DNA from: an uncultured Verrucomicrobiae bacterium
GTDB lineage: Bacteria > Verrucomicrobiota > Verrucomicrobiia > Limisphaerales > Palsa-1400
Reading direction: 5' to 3'
Length of the DNA: 64,000 bases
Assembly (NCBI GenBank): GCA_963702845.1
Contig: OY969763.1
Location: 2,752,001 to 2,816,000 of the forward strand
This document shows positions 58,019 to 64,000 of the stretch, one piece after another; position 1 is the first letter of the stretch, and each line of letters opens with the position of its first letter. The notes beneath the pieces were generated by a model that was not told where the DNA came from, searched no databases, and saw only the letters and a list, made by a program, of their open reading frames with translations. The position numbers were made by a program, and so were the translations under genes.

Positions 58019-60475
58019 TCAATGGTTGAACAAGAATTCCCTGCTGCTCAACAGCGCCCAATATATGTCTTCAACGACCGGCCGAACCTCGTCCGGTTTT
58101 GTCGTTTCGAGAGCGGAGATGAGTTTCTTTTTCTCCGGCTCGGTTGGATACCGACAGAGCGCGCTCAAATACGCGTGGTCCAACATTGTTTGCGGCGACG
58201 TTTTCTTGCTCAACAACTTGCCGATCTCGTTGTTCTTTGCCTCGAGCTTCTTGTTGATCGTGTCGCCGTTACAAACGTGCAAGACCTGCGAAATGCTCGG
58301 GTCAGCGGTGCGTTCGCATTCGCAGGTGATACTGCGATCGGGACGGCCAAAGGTTTTGAGGAAATACGAATCCACTCGAGTATCGGGCAACTGCATCGCG
58401 CGCCAGCCTTTCGGGAACGGCACGGCCTGACCGCCGAAGTCTGCCGTGCTGCCCGTGAAGCTCGATGAATCATAAGTGTCCGTCACTTGCGAGACGGCGT
58501 CCAACAGCACTTCAGCCATCAGCCGACGCGGATAGTAACGCGAATAGAACCGGGTATCGGCAACGTTCTCCGGCAACGCCTCGCTGGAGCGCTGATAGGT
58601 TTCGGACTGCAGAATGGTCCGCATCAAAATTTTAAGGTCAAACTTTTGGTCGCTCAGGAACTTTGCTGTTGCTGACAAAAGTTTTTCGTTACTGGCCGGA
58701 TTGGTGACCCGCAAATCATCGACTGCTTCAATAATGCCCACGCCGAAAAAGTTCGCCCAAACGCGGTTGACGATCGCTCGCGCGAAATACGGATTGTCGC
58801 GAGAGACGAGCCAATCCGCTAAATGCTGGCGGCGATCTTCGGGCGAATCGATCGGAACGGGCGTGCCGTCCAGCGGTGTAGGAACTTGTGGTTTGCCGGT
58901 CAAAGGCTGCACGAGATCCCCATCCGGAACCGTATAAACCACTGCTTCACCATCGCCATTGCCACTCTTGGCGCGAACACGTGCGTAAAGGTTCGCGAAC
59001 TTATAATATTGGTCGTTCGTCCACTTTTCCATCGGATGGTTGTGACACTTCGCGCACGCGACCGACATCCCGAGAAACGCTTGCGACGTGGTTTCGGCCA
59101 AAGATTTAGGGTCGTCATGCAAAACGTAGAAATTGCCGGCGCCGTTTTGGAAAGTGCTGCCGGTCGCGGTCACGATCTTGCGCGCGAACTCGTCCCAATG
59201 CGTGTTGGCGGTCACGTTCTCGCGAATCCAATTATAGTAAGACCACATCGCCGCTGGTTTCAGCTTCTTGGTGCTGACGAGCAACAGGTCCGACCATTTG
59301 TGCGACCAATAATCAACAAACTCCGGACGTTGCAACAAGCGGTCGATCAGTTGATCGCGTTTTTTGGAAGATTTGTCGGCCAAGAAATCGCGCGTTTCTT
59401 TTTCAGTGGGCAGAACGCCAATGGTATCGAGGTAAGCGCGACGAATAAACTCCGTGTCCGTGCATTTCGGTGACGGCGGAATATTCAGGCTACGGAGCTT
59501 TTCATTTACGAGATCATCGATGAAATTGCGCCGCTTGGCCTGGGTAAACACACGCGAAGGAATTTGGTTTGTGAACGGGACTGTGACGGTCGCCGCGGCG
59601 ATGCGGCTCAAATACCAGGCGGTGATCGCGCCTTCCCCATTTCCGATGACCTTCACATGTCCTTCATCATCGACCTGCGTCACGCTTCCGTTTGCAGCGT
59701 TAAATTTCGCCCAATGCGTCACGTCTTCGGTGTGGCCGTCGCTGAACGATGCGACAACCATCAGTTGCTGCGCGTCACCGTTCCTCAGCACGACAGAGCT
59801 CGGGATGATTTCGATTTTCTCAATGCGCGGATCTTCGGGTTTGGGCCCCGGCGTTCCAGAAGCAATCCAATCGGCGATGACGCGATAGTCGATCGAATCA
59901 ACGTCGAAGCGCTTGCCGCCTTTGTGTGGAACGGCGGAGGTCGGTTTCAACAACATCAGGCTGCGGCCGGGATCGCTTGGAATGACGCGGCGGCCTAAAG
60001 CGGAACGAGTCAAAGTCAAAAAATCTCCTTCATTATCATAGCCGCGCAGAGAGAGCTTGAATCCGTTTTGTCCGGCAGCGGCACCGTGGCAGGCGCCCGA
60101 GCTGCATCCGGCTTTGGCAAGGACCGGTTGGACGTGGTTGCGGAAACTCCATTCGAAAGGCTTTTCCATGCCGACGACGGTGATGTCCACCGACGCCTTT
60201 CCAGCTTTTAAAGTAACCGTTGCTTTGCCGTTGCCGACCGGAATCGCCACCCCGTTCTCCACTTTGACAACCTTCGGATTATTGGAGACAAAAACCGCAT
60301 TGGTAATTTCGCCGACGTTTTGTTTGCCTTGCACTTTTTCAGCAATCAACCGTTGATGGGCAGCTTGACCGTGCAACGTGATTTTTCGCGGAAGGATTTC
60401 GATCGTGTCGGACGCACGCGCGACAAGCCCAACGAAGAGCAACGCACAAAATAAGAAATGACGAGACATAACCAC
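58019..60475 (-). CDS. DUF1549/DUF1553 domain protein with Ig-like (Big_2) domains
   Basis: SFRNHVQPVL..GCSSGACHG, FIRRAYLD..G.LPT, CAKCHNHP, NRVWANFFG.G, EFLFNH. Confidence 0.92.
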   Translation of the reverse strand: MVMSRHFLFCALLFVGLVARASDTIEILPRKITLHGQAAHQRLIAEKVQGKQNVGEITNAVFVSNNPKVVKVENGVAIPVGNGKATVTLKAGKASVDITVVGMEKPFEWSFRNHVQPVLAKAGCSSGACHGAAAGQNGFKLSLRGYDNEGDFLTLTRSALGRRVIPSDPGRSLMLLKPTSAVPHKGGKRFDVDSIDYRVIADWIASGTPGPKPEDPRIEKIEIIPSSVVLRNGDAQQLMVVASFSDGHTEDVTHWAKFNAANGSVTQVDDEGHVKVIGNGEGAITAWYLSRIAAATVTVPFTNQIPSRVFTQAKRRNFIDDLVNEKLRSLNIPPSPKCTDTEFIRRAYLDTIGVLPTEKETRDFLADKSSKKRDQLIDRLLQRPEFVDYWSHKWSDLLLVSTKKLKPAAMWSYYNWIRENVTANTHWDEFARKIVTATGSTFQNGAGNFYVLHDDPKSLAETTSQAFLGMSVACAKCHNHPMEKWTNDQYYKFANLYARVRAKSGNGDGEAVVYTVPDGDLVQPLTGKPQVPTPLDGTPVPIDSPEDRRQHLADWLVSRDNPYFARAIVNRVWANFFGVGIIEAVDDLRVTNPASNEKLLSATAKFLSDQKFDLKILMRTILQSETYQRSSEALPENVADTRFYSRYYPRRLMAEVLLDAVSQVTDTYDSSSFTGSTADFGGQAVPFPKGWRAMQLPDTRVDSYFLKTFGRPDRSITCECERTADPSISQVLHVCNGDTINKKLEAKNNEIGKLLSKKTSPQTMLDHAYLSALCRYPTEPEKKKLISALETTKPDEVRPVVEDIYWALLSSREFLFNH

Positions 60476-60477
60476 GG

Positions 60478-61854
60478 CTAGAACAGTTCGTTGATTGGTT
60501 GCGTCCCAAAATCGACGACCGGGAACGGCCGCGACTGCGGTCCAGGCAGCTTAGTTTCCAGATCAACGCCTACAGATTTGAGGATGGTCGCGACGACTTC
60601 AGACGGTTTCACGGGCCGCTCGGTTGGATATGCACCAATGTCGTCGCTCTTGCCGACGACACGACCGCCTTTCACCCCACCACCGGCAAAATTGATTGTC
60701 CAACATTGCGGCCAGTGATCGCGACCGCCGGCCGGGTTTACTTTTGGCGTGCGACCGAATTCGGCGAGGCAGGCGATCATCGTCTTATCCAACATGCCGC
60801 GCTGGAACAAATCTTCGAGCAGCGCCGTGTAGCCCTGGTCATACATCGGCGCGACGATGTCTTTCATTCCAGCAATGGACGTGAAGGGTTTCGAGCCGTG
60901 AATATCCCACGTGATTTCATCGAACACGGTGATGAACGTGTTGATGGTGACGAAACGCACGCCGCGTTCGACAAGACGGCGAGCGAGCAAACAACTTTGG
61001 CCAAATCGCGTCATGCCATAACGATCACGGACTTTTTGCGGTTCTTTCTCGAGGTCAAATGCCTCGCGCGCCTTGCTGCTCGTCATCAGGCGATAGGCCG
61101 ACGCGAAGTTTGTATCCATCAACTGCGCGTTCGGGCTGGCTTCGAAATTCTTCACCGCATCGTCAACCACCTGGCGCAATTCGCGACGGCGTTCGAGGCG
61201 GGCTTCGCCAATTTCGGTCGGCGGCAAAAGATCTGGAACTTTGAAACCTTTCTTCGAAGGGTCAGCATTCAGCACGAATGGGTCAAATGACTTGCCGAGG
61301 AACCCGGCGTCCTGGCCATGCGGCATGTTTCCGCCGGTCGGGCCCATCGGCTCGGGCAGAATAATATTGGCAGGCAACTCGTTACGGCGGCCTTTCAAAA
61401 ACTCCAACGCGCACCCGACATGCGGCGTATTAACTCCGCCCGTAAATAACCGCCCTGTCTGCATCAACTGATGCCCACCATCGTGCACCGCCGGACCGGT
61501 GTGATAACAACTGCGCACCAGCGAAAATTTGTCGGCGTGTTTGGCGTGGAGCGGGAAAATCTCTGAAATCTGAATGTCCGGATTGTTCGTCCTGATCGGC
61601 TTGAATGGCCCGCGAATTTCCGCTGGCGCATCCGGTTTCATATCCCACGTATCGATCTGGCTGGGCGCGCCGAGATTAAAAATCATGATGCACGAACGAT
61701 CGTCATTTCCCTTAGGTGCGGCGCCCATCGCCTGAAGTTCCGCAAACTTCGATAGCGATAATCCAATCGCGCCCAGCGTGCCGACCTGAAGGAAGTCGCG
61801 ACGGGTTATTCCGTCGCAAGTCGTGATCGAACCTCTGCCGGTGAACTTGAGCAT
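60478..61854 (-). CDS. DUF1501 domain protein (Tat-type signal)
   Basis: ITRRDFL, GAPSQIDTWDMKP, ARRLVERGV, WDIH, EFGRTP, GRDHW. Confidence 0.93.
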   Translation of the reverse strand: MLKFTGRGSITTCDGITRRDFLQVGTLGAIGLSLSKFAELQAMGAAPKGNDDRSCIMIFNLGAPSQIDTWDMKPDAPAEIRGPFKPIRTNNPDIQISEIFPLHAKHADKFSLVRSCYHTGPAVHDGGHQLMQTGRLFTGGVNTPHVGCALEFLKGRRNELPANIILPEPMGPTGGNMPHGQDAGFLGKSFDPFVLNADPSKKGFKVPDLLPPTEIGEARLERRRELRQVVDDAVKNFEASPNAQLMDTNFASAYRLMTSSKAREAFDLEKEPQKVRDRYGMTRFGQSCLLARRLVERGVRFVTINTFITVFDEITWDIHGSKPFTSIAGMKDIVAPMYDQGYTALLEDLFQRGMLDKTMIACLAEFGRTPKVNPAGGRDHWPQCWTINFAGGGVKGGRVVGKSDDIGAYPTERPVKPSEVVATILKSVGVDLETKLPGPQSRPFPVVDFGTQPINELF

Positions 61855-62030
61855 ACGATTATAGACGTAACATCGGACAAAAATATTTGGGCTGCATTTT
61901 AAAAATATCTCTTTCTTGAAATGATTCAATCGCAATCAGTAGTGTCGCGGCCTGTCGGGCGGGACAGATTACTTGCGATTACCTCTGATTACTTCTGATT
62001 ACCTCTTTCGTGTTTTTTCGATTTTCCATA

Positions 62031-62062
62031 AAAGTTAGAGCCTCCTTACGTCGGCTGCTACA
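62031..62062 (-). repeat. GTAG-type REP-like element, copy 2
   Basis: AAAGTTAGAGCCTCCTTACGTCGGCTGCTACA; 31/32 identical to 6668-6699. Confidence 0.85.
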
Positions 62063-62074
62063 TTAGTATAACGA

Positions 62075-62101
62075 CGGACGAAACGGCGTGATCGTCCCTA
62101 C
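62075..62101 (-). repeat. GTAGGG-type REP-like hairpin
   Basis: minus strand GTAG-GGACGA-TCACGCCGTT-TCGTCC-G. Confidence 0.7.
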
Positions 62102-62195
62102 CTGGAAGACATATGCTGGACGGTGTTTTCATGGATCGAGATTACTTGCGATTACCTGTGATTACTTCTGATTACCTTTTTTCATATTTTTCACG

Positions 62196-63590
62196 TCAAA
62201 AACCACGGAGCCTGACTTGGTGGACCTTCTGTGGTTGGGTTGCGATCATGTAACGGAGTGCGTCGGCGGCATCGTCGCCGCCGACACCGGTTTCGTCGGG
62301 ATCGGTTTTCAGGACGTCTTCCGGTCGGTTAGGGTCGCTTTGCAACGTAGGGAGGCAATCGATCAGACGCGAGCAGCGGCGATGGAAAAAGAGTGTTGGT
62401 TTGAGCTTTCCTTCTTCATCGCCGAGACGTTTGAGGATGGCAGCCCAGCCGTTCAGGCGCTCCATATTGGCCTGGCGCATAGAAATTCCCAGTTGCCGGT
62501 ATTGCGATGCAATCGTTGTGCCGTCGCTTTGTTTGCCGAAGATATCAGCGCCTGCGACGAACCTTGCGAGGTTAATCGAATAGCGTTCGTTGAGTCCCAA
62601 GTGATGCCGTTTGAGCATGGCTTTGATCGCCTCTGCGTGACGTTCCGGAATCCAATTACGCGCGGCGTGCTCGTCGACGATGAAGATGTTGTTGTCACTG
62701 TCGCGGCAACCGAGCAGGACGACGGTATAGTGGGTGAAGCCGTAATCAAGCGCAGCGAACCATTCGACGGCGCGGCGGTCGTCGAACTCGTCGATGACGT
62801 GCAATTCCCGGCGGAAGTTGGTGAAGAATTGGCCGGCCTTGATGTCCCAGTCGCCATCCAGCCACGCGCGCCGTTGCCAACCGGTGAGAGAGCCAAGAGC
62901 ATCTTTATATCCGGCGTTGACGAAAGAATTGTCGTTAACGGTCGCTGGGATGAAGCGTGTCTGCTTCTCCTCGCCGCGTTGAAATGGAACGACGTATTTA
63001 GACCGATACCATGCGTGGCCGACACCTCCGGGATTGGTGGTGGAATAGATGCGAGGTCGCCAGCCGGTTTTTGAGGTGCGGTTGCAGGTGCAGATGTCCA
63101 GGAATTTGCGGCTGGTCAGGGTGGTGGCTTCTTCAATGCCTATGACGTCGTATTCGAGCCCTAGATATTTATCGATGTCGTTTTCGTTTTGAAAATGACC
63201 GATGATGATACGTGAGCCGTTTTCGAACGTGAGAACGCCTCGAGTGGTGCTGAACTCGTGGTTGAGCCTGAGGAGAAGACGGCGGCGCAGGTCTTCGAAG
63301 TTTTCGAGGTTGGATTTGCCGACTTTGCGCAGGAGCAAACATTTGAGGCCGGGGAAGCGTTGGCAGTCATCGGTGCCCATCTGAGCGATGAGCCAATGAG
63401 ATTTGCCACCGCCACGCGCACCGCCGAAGCCGATGGAGGTTGGGCCGGTTGCAAGATCGCAAAGGCGCGCGGCGGCACTGGCGGCGAGTTGTTTGGGCTG
63501 AAGTATCACGCCGGCGTTGATGAAGTGCCTTAGCTGATCCGGTGGGCAACCTGCTTCAGTGGCTAAGTTGATGTAGTGTTCGGGAGACAT
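62196..63590 (-). CDS. phage terminase large subunit, PBSX/Terminase_6-like (no portal gene downstream)
   Basis: Q-motif LQPKQ, Walker A GGARGGGKS, Walker B IGIEEA, STTNPGG, nuclease ALDYG and DDAADALRY. Confidence 0.92.
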   Translation of the reverse strand: MSPEHYINLATEAGCPPDQLRHFINAGVILQPKQLAASAAARLCDLATGPTSIGFGGARGGGKSHWLIAQMGTDDCQRFPGLKCLLLRKVGKSNLENFEDLRRRLLLRLNHEFSTTRGVLTFENGSRIIIGHFQNENDIDKYLGLEYDVIGIEEATTLTSRKFLDICTCNRTSKTGWRPRIYSTTNPGGVGHAWYRSKYVVPFQRGEEKQTRFIPATVNDNSFVNAGYKDALGSLTGWQRRAWLDGDWDIKAGQFFTNFRRELHVIDEFDDRRAVEWFAALDYGFTHYTVVLLGCRDSDNNIFIVDEHAARNWIPERHAEAIKAMLKRHHLGLNERYSINLARFVAGADIFGKQSDGTTIASQYRQLGISMRQANMERLNGWAAILKRLGDEEGKLKPTLFFHRRCSRLIDCLPTLQSDPNRPEDVLKTDPDETGVGGDDAADALRYMIATQPQKVHQVRLRGF

Positions 63591-63635
63591 TTGGAAAGAA
63601 AAGTGCCAAGTGATGAGTGATGAGTTTTACTGCAT

Positions 63636-64000
63636 CTAATTTTGGAAATGGGTGCCGTTTGAATTAGCCGTCGCGAGTGGTGGTGGAGGTGGTGGGCAGA
63701 TTTTATTGAGGGCGGCGAGGAGTTCGTTCTGTATGGGTGATAGTGCAGGGCGATCGTCGTCAGTCGTTGGGCTTTGCAGGGCCGAACGGGACATTTTGGA
63801 ACCGATACTCAGGGCGCGCGACAGTTCGGAGATGCGGAATTTTTCGAGGTCGCGATCACCGAAATTTTCGAGGCAACATCGCACCACGTTGAGGAGTTTT
63901 TGTGCGTCTTCCCATTCCTGCTCGCGGTATTCAGCGGTGCGTTTGGCCCAATCAGCAGCAGCTTTCCGAGCCGCTTCTGTTTCAGCCTGCGCTTCCTGTT
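63636..64000 (-). CDS. partial helical protein, putative terminase small subunit (5' end outside the window)
   Basis: frame open to the window edge (QEAQAETEAARKAAADWAKRTAEYREQEWE...); directly upstream of the large terminase. Confidence 0.55.
   Translation of the reverse strand, partial: QEAQAETEAARKAAADWAKRTAEYREQEWEDAQKLLNVVRCCLENFGDRDLEKFRISELSRALSIGSKMSRSALQSPTTDDDRPALSPIQNELLAALNKICPPPPPPLATANSNGTHFQN

Larger units (their letters stand above)
61966..62177. repeat. pair of 39-bp direct repeats, each made of four 10-bp GATTAC units
   Basis: AGATTACTTGCGATTACCT[C/G]TGATTACTTCTGATTACCT at 61966-62004 and 62139-62177 (38/39 identical). Confidence 0.9.

Noticed and set aside
6668..62062. 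The two 32-bp direct repeats about 55.4 kb apart read as attL/attR of a prophage
   Set aside because: The interval is housekeeping and envelope genes with no integrase or structural genes; the repeat has REP structure and a third partial copy at 9248-9310
61966..62177. 39-bp direct repeats as a CRISPR array
   Set aside because: Only two copies, a 134-bp spacer that is itself made of REPs, an internally periodic repeat, and no cas genes

Overview
64 kb of gene-dense bacterial chromosome. Gene content (DUF1501/DUF1549-1553 cluster, H-X9-DG prepilin-like proteins, delta-60 and giant Ig-repeat surface proteins, REP-like palindromes) points to a Verrucomicrobiota, probably Pedosphaera-like; this is an inference. 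Most of the window is housekeeping and envelope genes: SDR, ilvA, thiH-thiS, xylB, corA, recQ, an ECF sigma/anti-sigma operon, a 3-methyladenine glycosylase and trmB. The most unusual signal is two stand-alone phage terminase modules of different lineages. One is Mu gp27/gp28-like (6758-9080); the other is a GGARGGGKS-type large terminase with an upstream partner gene (62196 to the window end). Both keep their catalytic motifs, but neither has a portal or capsid gene downstream. Both are instead followed by the same non-coding kit: a GTAGGG hairpin, a 32-bp element that is 31/32 identical between the two loci, and 4 x 10-bp phased arrays. Next to the first module is an integrase-less integron remnant (attI-like site, two cassettes, a degenerate attC). 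Other notable items: an orphan A(Thr)-T-C-A(Gly)-T NRPS with a candidate dehydrating DCL-like C domain and no TE; a pseudo-histidine kinase; a truncated ECF sigma with a perfect anti-SD complement; and a ROK/pilin/giant-adhesin locus. About ten single- or two-base indels, mostly within 23.4-28.1 kb, look like long-read consensus errors. No rRNA, tRNA or CRISPR array was seen. All family calls come from motif recognition by eye; no database or HMM searches were run.
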